A stretch of 64,000 nt of DNA, taken from NCBI GenBank assembly GCA_963754485.1, contig CAVWFY010000006.1, positions 83,205 to 147,204 on the forward strand. Direction: 5' to 3'. The stretch's first letter is position 1, and each line of letters begins with the position of its first letter. Made by a program: the position numbers and the translations under genes. The stretch comes from an uncultured Chloroflexia bacterium (GTDB taxonomy: Bacteria > Chloroflexota > Limnocylindria > Limnocylindrales > CSP1-4). Shown piece after piece: positions 29,263 to 39,626 of the stretch. The notes under the pieces are model-generated. The model had not been told where the DNA came from, did no database searches, and saw only the letters and a program-made list of their open reading frames with translations.

Positions 29263-30554
29263 TCGGCGGTCCGCCGCCCGGACTCCGGCGAGGCCGTCGC
29301 CCGTGTCTTCCGCGAGGAGCACGGGCGGGTCGTCGCCACCCTGATCCGCGTCCTGGGCGACTTCGACCTCGCCGAGGAGGCGGTCGCGGACGCCTACGTC
29401 ACGGCCCTGGAGCGCTGGCCGGTCGACGGGCGTCCCGGCGAACGCGGGCGCCTGGATCACGACGACCGCGCGCAACCGGGCGATCGACCGGATCCGGCGC
29501 GCGCGCCTGTTCACCGAGAAGGCGCCGGCACTCGTGCGCGATGAGGCGTTCGATGCTGCGGCGCGCCAGGGGGCACTGCTCGCGGCCGTGGAGGAGGAGA
29601 TGCACCCGATCCCCGACGACCAGCTCCGGCTGATCTTCACGTGCTGCCACCCCGCTCTCGCGCCCGAGGTGTGCCGTGGCGCTGACGCTGCGCACGCTGG
29701 GTGGCCTGACGACGCCGGAGATCGCCAGTGCGTTCCTGGTCCCGGAGGCGACCCTTGCCCAGCGGCTTGTCCGTGCCAAGAAGAAGATCCGCGAGGCGGG
29801 CATCGCTACGAGGTGCCGTCCGGCGAGCGCCTGGCGGACCGGCTGGACGCCGTGCTGCGGGTCCTGTACCTCGTGTTCAACGAGGGCTACAGCGCCTCTT
29901 CCGGGGACGCCCTGATCCGCCTGGAGCTGAGCGCCGAGGCGATCCGCATGGCGCGGGTCGTGGCGGACCTGCTCCCGGGCGAGCCGGAAGCACAGGGGCT
30001 CCTCGCGCTGACGCTGCTCACCGACGCGCGACGGCCCGCCCGCGAGGGACCGGGCGGCGAGCTGATCCGCCTGGAGGACCAGGACCGATCCCGCTGGGAT
30101 GCGACGCGGATCGCCGAGGGCCGGGCGCTGGTGGAGCGGGCGCTGCGGATGGGGCGCGTGGGGCCGTACCAGCTCCAGGCGGCGATCGCGGCGGTCCACG
30201 ACGAGACGCCGACCGCGGCCGACACGGACTGGGCGTCAGATCCTGGGCCTGTACGAGGTGCTCCGGCGGGTGGCGCCGTCGCCGGTGGTGGATCTCAACC
30301 GGGCGGTGGCGCTGGCCCAGGTCGAAGGCCCCGAGGCCGGGCTGGCCGCCGTGGACGCGCTGGGCGCCGACCCCGCGATGGCGGAATACCGGTTCTTCCA
30401 CGCCACGCGCGCGGACTTCCTGCGGAGGCTCGGTCGCTGGGGCGAGGCGGTGTCCGCCTACGAGCGGGCCGTGGCGCTGGCGACGAACGGGCCCGAGCGC
30501 GTCTTCCTCCAGCGACGGATTCGTGAGACGACGCTCCGGGGCTCGGCTGGCTGA
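29259..30554 (+). CDS. ECF42-type sigma factor (DUF6596/TPR extension); several frameshifts, start approximate
   Basis: GDFDLAEEAV, AWITTTARNRAIDR, LRLIFTCCHPAL, YLVFNEGY, GPYQLQAAIAAVH, LNRAVA. Confidence 0.85.
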
Positions 30555-30602
30555 CGGCCGGCTGACGGTCGGCCCGGCCGGGTCGCGGAGTTGGAAGGGC
30601 GT

Positions 30603-32006
30603 TCAGATCCCGGTCACGCCCGTCACCACCAGGATCAGGGACAGGACGACGAGCAGCGCGGTCGCGAGCCACCCGACCGGCGCCAGGAACCGCCCGCTGA
30701 CGAGCGGCCCCATGAGCTCCTTGTCGGTTGCCAGCAGCATCACGAAGACCAGCACGAACGGCAGCAGGAGCGCGTTGAGCACCTGCGCCGCGAACATCAC
30801 GGTGATGAGGGGCAGTCCCGGGATCATGACGAACAGCGCCGCGAAGCCGATGAAGAAGGCCAGCAGGCCGTAGAAGGCGGGTGCTTCGCGCCAGTTCCAG
30901 TTGACGCCGGTCTCCCAGCCGAACGCCTCGCACGTGGTGTAGGCGCTCGACAGCGGCACCACGCCGAGGCCTAGGAATGAGGCGCCCAGCAGGCCGATCG
31001 CGAACACCGCCGCGGCCGCAGCGCCGGCGATGGGCTCCAGGGCTTGGGCGGCATCGGCCGCCGACGTGATCTTGAGCCCGTTGGCGTACAGGGTGGCGGC
31101 GCAGGCGATCACGATGAACGCCGCGATGACGTTGGTGAGGAGCGAGCCCGCGAACACGTCCACCCGGCTGGCCGGCAGGTCGTCCGGCCGCAGGCCCTTG
31201 TCCGCGACGTACGACTGGATGAACGCCTGACCCCAGGGGGTGATCGTCGTGCCCACGGTGCCGACCACCGCCAGCCAGTAGACCGGGGACGACGAGAACG
31301 TGGGGTGGATCATGCTGGAGACGGCCAGGCTCCAGTCCGGCTGCGAGACCACCGCGGAGAACACGTAGGCGAGGGAGACCATGATCCCCACGCCGACGAA
31401 CAGGTATTGGACGCGGCTGTACGAACCGAGCGCGATGAAGGCGACCACGACGACCGCGGCGACCGCAGCGCTGACCTGCGGCGGGACGCCGAAGATGCCG
31501 AGCGCAGAGCCGATGCCGGCGAACTCGGCCACGATGGAGCCCAGGTTTGCCGTCAGCATCAGGAGGGCCGCGAACACCGTCCAGCGGACGCCCCAGCGCT
31601 CCCGGATGAGGCTGATCAGGCCCTTGCCGGTCGCGAGCCCGAGACGTGCGCCCACCTCCTGCGTGAAGAACAGCACGATCTGGCTGGCGAGGATGACCCA
31701 CAGCAGCTGGTAGCCGAAGTTCGCGCCCGCCAGCGAGTAGGTGGTGATGCCGCCGGCGTCGTTGTCGGCGAAGCCGCTGACCAGGCCCGGTCCGAGGACG
31801 GCGAACGTTGCGATGAGGCGCACGCGCCAGTGGGGCAGGCGCGGGAACGGCCGGAGCGCGCCGGCGCGCCTCCGGCGCGCTGTGCGCTCGACCGGCGCCG
31901 CGGGAATCGCGCCACCCGCGGCGTTCCCGTGGGCCGTGGTCGCGCCCGCCGGCGTGGTCGTCGTGGGCGTCGTGGGCGGCTTGGGCCGCCCGGGCATCCC
32001 GCTCAT
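30603..32006 (-). CDS. NRAMP-related divalent cation transporter (NRMT-like, probably Mg2+)
   Basis: GPGL...ADNDAGGITTY and GTTITPW in place of the NRAMP DPGN/MPH motifs; many TMs. Confidence 0.85.
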   Translation of the reverse strand: MSGMPGRPKPPTTPTTTTPAGATTAHGNAAGGAIPAAPVERTARRRRAGALRPFPRLPHWRVRLIATFAVLGPGLVSGFADNDAGGITTYSLAGANFGYQLLWVILASQIVLFFTQEVGARLGLATGKGLISLIRERWGVRWTVFAALLMLTANLGSIVAEFAGIGSALGIFGVPPQVSAAVAAVVVVAFIALGSYSRVQYLFVGVGIMVSLAYVFSAVVSQPDWSLAVSSMIHPTFSSSPVYWLAVVGTVGTTITPWGQAFIQSYVADKGLRPDDLPASRVDVFAGSLLTNVIAAFIVIACAATLYANGLKITSAADAAQALEPIAGAAAAAVFAIGLLGASFLGLGVVPLSSAYTTCEAFGWETGVNWNWREAPAFYGLLAFFIGFAALFVMIPGLPLITVMFAAQVLNALLLPFVLVFVMLLATDKELMGPLVSGRFLAPVGWLATALLVVLSLILVVTGVTGI

Positions 32007-32013
32007 CGCCCCG

Positions 32014-33281
32014 CTACCGCGTGAACACGCGGGGCAGGCGCTTCTTCCACGCGGTCGGGATGACCGTGTCGATCGCGTCGTCGACGGTGACGATGCCCAT
32101 GAGCACGTTCTGCTCGTCCACCACGGGGACGGCGAGCAGGTTGTAGTGCGCGACGACCTCCGCCACCTCTTCCTGGCTCGCCGTGACCGCCACCGCAACG
32201 GGCTCGTCGATCATCACGTCCCGGACGAGGCGTCTCGGGCCGGGCGACGATCAGGTCGCGGAGCGAGATCACGCCCACGAGATGACCCTCGTCCGAGGTG
32301 ACGTAGACGTAGTAGATGGTCTCGGCGTCAGGCTCCAGCTCGCGCAGGCGATCGATCGCCCCGCCGGCCGTGATGTGCTCCTCGAGAGCGATGAACTCGG
32401 TCGTCATGAGGCCACCCGCCGAGTCCTCCTCGTAGCCGAGCAGCTCCTGGACCTCGTCCGCCTCGTCCTTCTCCATGCAGGGCGAGGATCTCGTCCCGGG
32501 TCTCCTGGTCCAGGTCCGCGACCAGGTCGGCCGCGTCGTCCGGGCTCATCTCCTCGAGGATGTCGGCGGCGCGCTCCGGGGTGAGGTCCTCCAGGACATC
32601 CACCTGGGTCTCGGGTTCCATCTCCTCGACCACGTCCGCCAGCGCCTCGTCGTTGAGCGAGGCGAGGACGCCGGCACGGTCGCGCGGGGCGAGGTCCTCG
32701 ATGATCGAGGCCAGGTCCGCCGGGTGGAGCTCGGCGAGGCGCGCGTGGGGGACGCGGAGACGGACGCTGGCGATGGTCGTGTCCAGCGGGTCAACGTCCT
32801 CCCAGTCGATGTAGCGCTCCGGGACGGACGCGTGGATGTTGCGCGCGATGACGCGGAAGGGCCCCTCGATGCCCAGGCGGCGGAGGAGTCCGGCGGCCCC
32901 GACGTCAACAGCCACCAGCCGAAGGCGACCCTCGACGTTGTCCAGGCTCACGTCGTTGACCCTGATGACCTTGCGGCCCTCGATGTCGACGATCTGCTTG
33001 TCCAGCAGGTTCGCCTTCAGCAGGATCTCGTTGTCGCGCTGGCGGAACTTACCCACGTCGATGGTGCGTACGCGGAGGCGCGCGCCCGTGGCGTCGAACG
33101 AGGCGACGTCGCGCCACGGGATGAAGATGCGCCGGCGGTCCGTGCGCGCGACAAGGCCCGTGACGGGCGGGTACTTGCCGCCGATCGCGACGATCAGGTC
33201 CGCGATCGAGCCCAGGGGCTCGCCGGACGGATCGCGTACCGGCAGGCCGATGCAACGGCTGAGGAACTGCATGGTGGCCAC
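32014..33281 (-). CDS. Stand-alone MgtE cytosolic module (PRC-like, MgtE N domain, CBS pair); about 2 frameshifts
   Basis: LLDKQIVD, LHPADLA, EMSPDDAADL, SAGGLMTTE, YNLLAVPVVD..GIVTVDD; no TM domain. Confidence 0.85.
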
Positions 33282-33342
33282 CAGGCTGGGCAGGCCCGCC
33301 CGTCCGTGGTGGCCGCCGGCGTGATGGTGCCGGGCCGGGCCG

Positions 33343-33408
33343 TCAGGGTACGGTCGGAACCTGGGTCATGCCGGCGATCGTGCCGGCGAGTCTAGGTCCG
33401 GTCTCCAC
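33343..33408 (-). other. Candidate 21-aa leader peptide (uORF) VETGPRLAGTIAGMTQVPTVP
   Basis: GAGGA RBS 10 nt before GTG, inside a roughly 185 nt leader. Confidence 0.35.
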
Positions 33409-33471
33409 GTGGGAGAGATCCTCGTACGGCGCTGGACACCCCGAACCGGGACGCGGAGCGGGGGCACCGCG

Positions 33472-33500
33472 ACTGTAGTCCTCGCGGTGGAGTCGGTCAA
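33472..33500 (-). promoter_or_regulatory. Sigma70 promoter of the MgtE-N/NRAMP operon
   Basis: TTGACC-17 bp-TACAGT on the minus strand. Confidence 0.65.
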
Positions 33501-33572
33501 ACGAGTCCGGGCGTCGCGCCTCGTGCCCCCCTCGCCTTCCGTCCGCCCGCCGACCCGCCGTACCATCGCGCC

Positions 33573-34415
33573 ATGCGCACGCTGCGGGTCGCCCTCGTCC
33601 AGCTCGAGGCGCGTGACGATGTTGACGCCAACATCGTCCACGCGGTGGCCCTCGCCCACGAGGCCGCCGTCGAGAGCGACCTCGTGGTCCTGCCGGAGTA
33701 CGTGCAGTACCGCGGCACGCCCGAGGGGTGGCGCCAGTCTGCGCGCCCGGTGCCCGGTCCCACGACCGACCCGTTCGCGTCCGTCGCGCGCGAGCACGGT
33801 TGCTGGATCCTGGCCGGGACCCGCGCCGAGGCATCCGGCGATCCCCTCCGCCCCTACAACACCGCCGTCGTCATCGATCCGTCCGGGGCGCTCGTGGCGC
33901 GGTACCGCAAGGTGCACCTGTTCGACGTCGCGGTGGAGGACGGACCGCAGACCACGGAGTCGTCGAAGGTGACCCCGGGCGACGGGCTGGTGGCCGTCGA
34001 TCTGGCAGGGACGCGGCTCGGGCTCTCGATCTGCTACGACCTGCGGTTCCCGGAGCTGTACCGCGCGCTCGCCCTGGCCGGCGCCGAGGTGCTCGCCGTG
34101 CCGTCCGACTTCAGTGCGCGGACCGGCCGCGACCACTGGGAGGTCCTGCTCCGTGCCCGGGCGATCGAGAGCGGGGCGTGGGTGCTGGCGGCCGGGAGCT
34201 GCGGGGCCGGCGGCCCGGGGGCGATCCCGGCCTGGGGCCACTCGATGGTGGTGGACCCGTGGGGACGGGTGGTCGCGCAGGCGGCGGACGACGAGGCGAT
34301 CGTCCGGGCGGAGCTGGACCTCGACCAGGTGACCGCGACACGGCGGCAGATCCCGGCGCTCGCCAACGTGCGGCCGGACGCGCTGCCGCCGGCACGGGTC
34401 GTACGGGTGGTTTGA
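33573..34415 (+). CDS. Carbon-nitrogen hydrolase (Nit1/deaminated glutathione amidase-like)
   Basis: LPE, YRKVHLFD, SICYDLRFPEL, ARAIE, GHSMVVDPWG. Confidence 0.92.
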   Translation: MRTLRVALVQLEARDDVDANIVHAVALAHEAAVESDLVVLPEYVQYRGTPEGWRQSARPVPGPTTDPFASVAREHGCWILAGTRAEASGDPLRPYNTAVVIDPSGALVARYRKVHLFDVAVEDGPQTTESSKVTPGDGLVAVDLAGTRLGLSICYDLRFPELYRALALAGAEVLAVPSDFSARTGRDHWEVLLRARAIESGAWVLAAGSCGAGGPGAIPAWGHSMVVDPWGRVVAQAADDEAIVRAELDLDQVTATRRQIPALANVRPDALPPARVVRVV

Positions 34416-34855
34416 TGCGCGGCCTGCTGGTCGCCGTCGGGATGGCGGTGGTGTGTGCCGCCTGCGGCTCCCAGCCGGCTTCGCCTGTCGAGGGCGCCGC
34501 CTAGCCCAGCACCGCGTTCCTGGCCCGCCACAAGCCGATGAACGGGGGCCCTGCGGCGATCGTATCGGGCACGCTTGTCGAACGGGACGGATGCCTGTTG
34601 CTCGAGGTCGCGGGCGGCAGCGCGCTCGCCCTGTGGCCACCCGACGCGTCCGCGTGGGTCATCGACGGCGTGACCACGATCGTCGACGGGAAGGGTCGCC
34701 CCGCGGTTGCCGTGGGTGCCATGGCGTCGTTCGGTGGCGGGTATGACTACCCGCTGGACTGGGCCGAGACACAGGCGGGGCCAATCCCGGAGCGCTGCCG
34801 CACGGGCACGTACCTGCTCGTCAACGACCTCGAGCGGATCGTCCTGGAGCCGTAG
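34415..34855 (+). pseudogene. Putative lipoprotein interrupted by an in-frame TAG at 34502-34504
   Basis: Signal peptide with CAAC lipobox; the downstream ORF 34538-34855 is in the same frame. Confidence 0.6.
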
Positions 34856-35031
34856 CCGCGCGACTCCGTCCGCACCCCCGCCCCTGGCGCGCCTCATCCG
34901 GGATGGGATCGCATCCGGGCCGTCCACGACGGGCCCGCTGGCCGAAACCCGACCTTGGGGCACCGGTGGTGCGGGGAACGTGCGGGCTTCATCCGATCGC
35001 GGATCACGGAGCGATCGGGCACCCCGGAGCC

Positions 35032-35098
35032 TTGCGCTGCCGCCCGCCGGGGCGCACAATAGGTGGTGCACATCCACCCACGACTGAGCATCTGCTCA
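35032..35098 (+). promoter_or_regulatory. Promoter plus palindromic operator TGAGCA-TC-TGCTCA (35085-35098)
   Basis: TTGCGC-17-CACAAT; perfect inverted repeat of SorC/LsrR-like style upstream of a SorC-family gene. Confidence 0.65.
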
Positions 35099-35113
35099 CT
35101 CCCCGGAGGGACG

Positions 35114-36107
35114 ATGCCGTCCCTGGACATGCTGGCGCCCGACGAGTTCGAGCTGCTGGCGCGGCTCTCGCTCGGCTACTACGAGGACGGCCTCACGCAG
35201 GAGGCCCTGGCCCGGCAGCTTCGGCCTCTCGCGGCCGAAGGTGCAGCGCCTGCTCGATCGGGCGCGCGCGACCGGCGTCGTCGACATCCGGATCGCGAAG
35301 CCCCCGTGGCTCCACGTGGACCTCGAGCGTGAGCTGCGGGAGCACTTCGCGCTGCGCGAGGTGATCGTCGCCCCGGATCGGGCGGACCCCCAGGCGCAAC
35401 GCGAGGAGGTCGCCCGCGGCGCGGCGCGGTACCTGGAGCGCAGGCTCGAGGACGGCGCCGTCGTGGCCGTCAGCCACGGCCGCGACACCGGCGAGGTCCC
35501 GCGCTTCTTCGGCCCCCGCCGGCGCATCGACGCGACGTTCGTGAGCGCGATGGGCGGCTCGCCCCTCGCGGACTCCCCGACCAACCCGAACGAGATCGTC
35601 CGGCGCCTCGCGGACCGCTGCGGCGGCCAGGCGATGGGGCTCTACGCGCCGGCCTACGTCGAGAGCGGCCGGATGCGCGACCAGCTCCTGCGCCAGCCGG
35701 CCGTCGCGGAGACCCTCCGCGCCGCGGCCGCGGCGTCGGTCGCCCTGGTCGGGATCGGCGGCACGGACGACGCCTGCACGATGGTCCGGAGCGGCTGTTT
35801 CTCGATCGACGAGCTCCGCCGTCTGCGCGCCGCCGGCGCCGTCGGCGACGTGCTCGGCAACTACGTCGATGTCCACGGCCGGCGCCTGGAGTCCCCGGAG
35901 ACGGCGCGGCTCGTGGGCCTGGGCCTCGACGAGCTCCGGGCGATCGACACCGTGGTGGTCGTCGTGAGCGAGAGCGAGAAGCCGTTCGCGATCCTCGGCG
36001 TGCTGCGCACGGGGATCGTGGACGTCCTCGTCGTCGACGAGTCCAATGCGCACGTCCTCCTCGAGGCGGTGCGCGAGTCGAACCTGCGTCCCAGATCGGA
36101 GGTGTGA
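35114..36107 (+). CDS. SorC/DeoR sugar-binding transcriptional regulator; frameshift near 35215
   Basis: YYEDGLTQEAL..GLSRPKVQRLL HTH, LVGIG, GAVGD, VLVVDE. Confidence 0.88.
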
Positions 36108-36108
36108 C

Positions 36109-36960
36109 GTGCCGGTCGTCCCGACACAGGAGATCCTCAAGCGGGCGTTCGCGGAGCGCTACGGCGTCGCGGCCATCAACGTGGTCAACGACCTGACCAT
36201 GGAGGCGGTCCTCGCCGCCGCCGAGGAGCTGCAGGCCCCGCTGATCGTCCAGACGTCCGTCAAGCACGTGGAGATGACCGGCGTCGAGGTCATGTACGCG
36301 ATGTGGGCCGAGATGACGAAGCGCATCTCGGTGCCCGTGGCCCTCCACCTGGACCACTGCCCGGACCGGGCGGTCATCTCGGCCTGCCTCGCGGCGGGCT
36401 GGAACTCGGTCCTGTTCGACGCCTCCAAGCTGACCGTCGAGGAGAACAAGCGCCAGTGCATCGAGGTCGTCGCCGAGGCCCGCCGCTACGGCGCGCTGGT
36501 GGAGGGCGAGATCGAGGGCTTCAAGCGCACCGAGGAGATGACGGGCGACGAGGCCGAGCACGTCCAGACCCTCGAGACGGTCGTGGACTTCGTCGAGGCG
36601 ACCGGCGTGGACGTCTTCGCGCCGGCGATCGGCAACGCGCACGGCACCTACAAGACGGCGCCGCACCTCGACTCGCAGCGGGTGACGGACATCGTGGAGG
36701 CCACCGGCATCCCGGTCGCCCTCCACGGCGGCACGGGGATGTCCGCGGAGCAGTTCACGGACCTCATCAGCCGCGGCTGCGCCAAGGTCAACATCTCCAC
36801 GGCGCTCAAGATCGCGTTCATGAAGTCCGGCTACGACTTCATGACCGAGAACCCCGGCAAGTACGACCCGCCGTCGATCTTCAAGGCACAGCGGGCCGCG
36901 GTGAAGGACATGGCGGCGGACCACATCCGCAAGTTCGGCAGCGTCGGCAAGGCCTGGTAG
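36109..36960 (+). CDS. Class II fructose/tagatose-bisphosphate aldolase
   Basis: LHLDH, SVLFDAS, VEGEI, IGNAHG, LHGGTG, KVNIST. Confidence 0.93.
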   Translation: MPVVPTQEILKRAFAERYGVAAINVVNDLTMEAVLAAAEELQAPLIVQTSVKHVEMTGVEVMYAMWAEMTKRISVPVALHLDHCPDRAVISACLAAGWNSVLFDASKLTVEENKRQCIEVVAEARRYGALVEGEIEGFKRTEEMTGDEAEHVQTLETVVDFVEATGVDVFAPAIGNAHGTYKTAPHLDSQRVTDIVEATGIPVALHGGTGMSAEQFTDLISRGCAKVNISTALKIAFMKSGYDFMTENPGKYDPPSIFKAQRAAVKDMAADHIRKFGSVGKAW

Positions 36961-36964
36961 CCCG

Positions 36965-37739
36965 ATGAGCACGCTCATCTTCGACTGCGACGGCGTGCTC
37001 GCCGACACCGAGCGCTACGGGCACCTCCCGTCGTTCAACCAGACCTTCGAGGAGTTCGGGCTGCCGTTCCGGTGGTCCGAGGAGGAGTACGGGCGCAAGC
37101 TCGCGATCGGCGGCGGCAAGGAGCGGATGAGCTCCATGCTGACGCCCGAGGTCATCCGGCGAGGCCGGCCTGCCGGAGGATCCGGAGGCGCTCGCCGCCG
37201 AGGTCGCGAAGTGGCACAAGCGCAAGACCGCCATCTACACGGAGATGGTCGCGGCGGGGAAGCTCCCCCCGAGACCCGGCATCCGCCGCCTCATCGGCGA
37301 GGCGCAGGACGCCGGCTGGACGCTCGCCGTGGCCTCCACGTCGGCCGAGCCGGCGGTGCGGGCCATCCTCGGCTACGCCGTGGGCCAGGAGCGGGCCGAC
37401 CGGTTCGATCTCGTGCTCGCGGGTGACGTGGTCCCGAAGAAGAAGCCCGATCCCGCCATCTACCTGCTCGCCCTCGAGCGGCTGGCCGTCCCTCCGGCCG
37501 ACGTGCTCGTGGTGGAGGACTCGCGCAACGGCCTGCTCGCCGCCGTCGGCGCCGGCCTGCGCTGCCTGATGACCGTCAACGGCTACACGGAGGAGGAGGA
37601 CAGCAGCGAGGCAATCCTGGTGGTGTCGTCACTTGGAGATCCCGACGGCGAGCGGACGCGGGTGATCGCGAACCGCAGCAAGGCATCGCCGGGGAGCTAC
37701 GTCACGCTCGCGGATCTCGAGGCCGTGCTGGCTTCGTAA
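36965..37739 (+). CDS. HAD-IA hydrolase, CbbY-like; frameshift near 37160
   Basis: FDCDGVLADTE..GH, IGGGKERM, KKPDPAIY, VEDSRNG. Confidence 0.88.
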
Positions 37740-37778
37740 CGCGGCGGCAGGAGGATCAACCCTCGAAGGGAGGTTGGG

Positions 37779-38440
37779 ATGGCAGCGTCATCCCTCGACG
37801 ATCTCGACCTCGTCGTCATGACGATGGCCAACACGATCGTCGACAACGCGGACTACTTCGCCCAGCTCGACTCGATCGTGGGCGACGGCGACTTCGGGTA
37901 CTCGCTGCGCAGCGGCTGGGAGGTGGTCCTCGCGGACTACGACTCCTGGGACAAGCCCAACGCGGGCGCGGTCTGCAAGAAGATCGGCCTCACGCTCGCC
38001 GCCAAGGTCGGCGGTGTCAGCGGCCCGATGTGGGGCACGGCGTTCCTGCGGGCCGGCGCCACGGCGGGCGACCAGGATCTCACGCCCGACCTGGTGATCG
38101 CGATGCTCCGTGCGGCGATCGCCGGGATCATGACGCGCGGCGGGGCCTCCCTCGGCGACAAGACGCTGCTCGACGCTCTCTCCCCGGCGACCGACAGCCT
38201 CGAGGAGAGCTTCAAGGACCCGGCGACATTCGAGGACCACGGCGTGGCCGCGATCCAGCGAGCGGCCGACGTGGCCGTCCAGGCCGCGCGAGGACACCAA
38301 GGGCATGCTCGCGCTCCGCGGGCGCGCGGCCTACACGGGCGACCGGAGCCGGGACTCGGTGGACGCCGGCGCCACCGCCATCGGTGTGATCCTGCAGGCC
38401 ATCGCGGCGGCCTGGCGGGACAAGCACGGCACAGCAGTAA
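37779..38440 (+). CDS. dhaL: Dihydroxyacetone-kinase subunit L family; frameshift(s) near 38290 and probably 38430
   Basis: LDSIVGDGDFG, GGVSGPMWG, GDKTLLDAL, GRAAY.GDRS..DAGA. Confidence 0.85.
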
Positions 38441-38452
38441 GGGAACGCCATC

Positions 38453-39449
38453 GTGAAGAAGTTCGTCAACGACCCCAAGCAGTTCGTGCCCGAGTTCCTC
38501 GAGGGCGTCATGCTCGCCAGCGACGGCACGCTGAAGTACGAGCCCAAGTACAACCTGATCTACCGGGCCGACATGCCCAAGCCGGACCGGGTGTCGATCA
38601 TCCAGGGCTCGGGCTCCGGGCACGAGCCGGCGCACACGATGATCGTGGGCCCGGGCATGCTCGACGCGGCCTGCCCCGGCGACGTCTTCGCGGGCCCGCC
38701 CGTGGAGTTCGTGACCGAGACCTCCAAGCTGATGGACACGCCGGCCGGCGTGCTCTACATCGTCAACAACTACACCGGCGACCGCACCGCGTGGGAGATG
38801 GCCCGCGAGATGTGCGAGGCCGAGGGCCAGAAGATCGGCTGGCTGCTCGTCAACGACGACGTGGCGGTCAAGGACTCCACCTGGACCGTCGGGCGCCGCG
38901 GCGTGGCCGGCAACTTCTTCGTCATCAAGGCCGCGGCCGCGATGGCGGACAAGGGCGGCTCGCTCGAGGAGTGCGTGCGCGTCGGCGAGAAGGTCATCGG
39001 CCAGGTCCGGACGATGGGCATCGCCCTCTCGTCCTGCACCCCGCCGGTGCGCGGCACGCCGCTGTTCGAGATCGCGGACGACGAGATGGAGGTCGGCATC
39101 GGCATCCACGGCGAGCCGGGCCGCCAGCGGACCAAGATCATGCCCGCCAACGAGATCGTGGACCTGCTGCTGGACGCGATCGTTCCCGACCTGCCGTTCG
39201 TGGCCGGCGACGAGGTCGCCGTCATGGTCAACGGCCTCGGCGGCACCCCGATCACCGAGCTCTACCTGCTCTACGGCAGCCGCCCACAAGAAGCTCGCCG
39301 AGAAGGGCATCACGGTCTTCCGCAGCTACGTCGGCGAGTACTGCACGTCGCTCGAGATGGCCGGCGCGCACATCTCGCTGCTCAAGGTCGACGCGGAGCT
39401 CAAGGAGCTGCTCCTGGCCCCGGCGGAGGTCGCCTACCGCGTCTTCTGA
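38453..39449 (+). CDS. dhaK: Dihydroxyacetone-kinase subunit K family; frameshift near 39280
   Basis: GSGSGHEPAH, NYTGD, GRRGVAG, GIHGEPG, TSLEMAG. Confidence 0.9.
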
Positions 39450-39471
39450 GCCATCGCCTGTTCGAGGATTC

Positions 39472-39512
39472 GAGACGCCCGGCCCCGTGCCGGGCGTCTC
39501 CATGTCCGGCGC
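39472..39512 (+). terminator. GC hairpin followed by an 18 bp repeat (CGTCTCCATGTCCGGCGC, 39495-39512)
   Basis: GAGACGCCCGGC-N5-GCCGGGCGTCTC after dhaK; no U tract. Confidence 0.55.
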
Positions 39513-39626
39513 GAGGGCGGGGGAGTGGGAGTCCGTGAGGCGTGTCCCGGCCGCGTCCGACTCCCACGCGAGTCACGGCTCCGGGTCGGCGGTGCCGTCG
39601 GGGGTGCGCCCGGGGCGCCGCGACCG

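Noticed and set aside
37815-37822. Single GTCATGAC in dhaL and a partial match at the 49886 start codon
   Set aside because: Coding context (Val-Met-Thr or the start codon) with no second half-site at N5.
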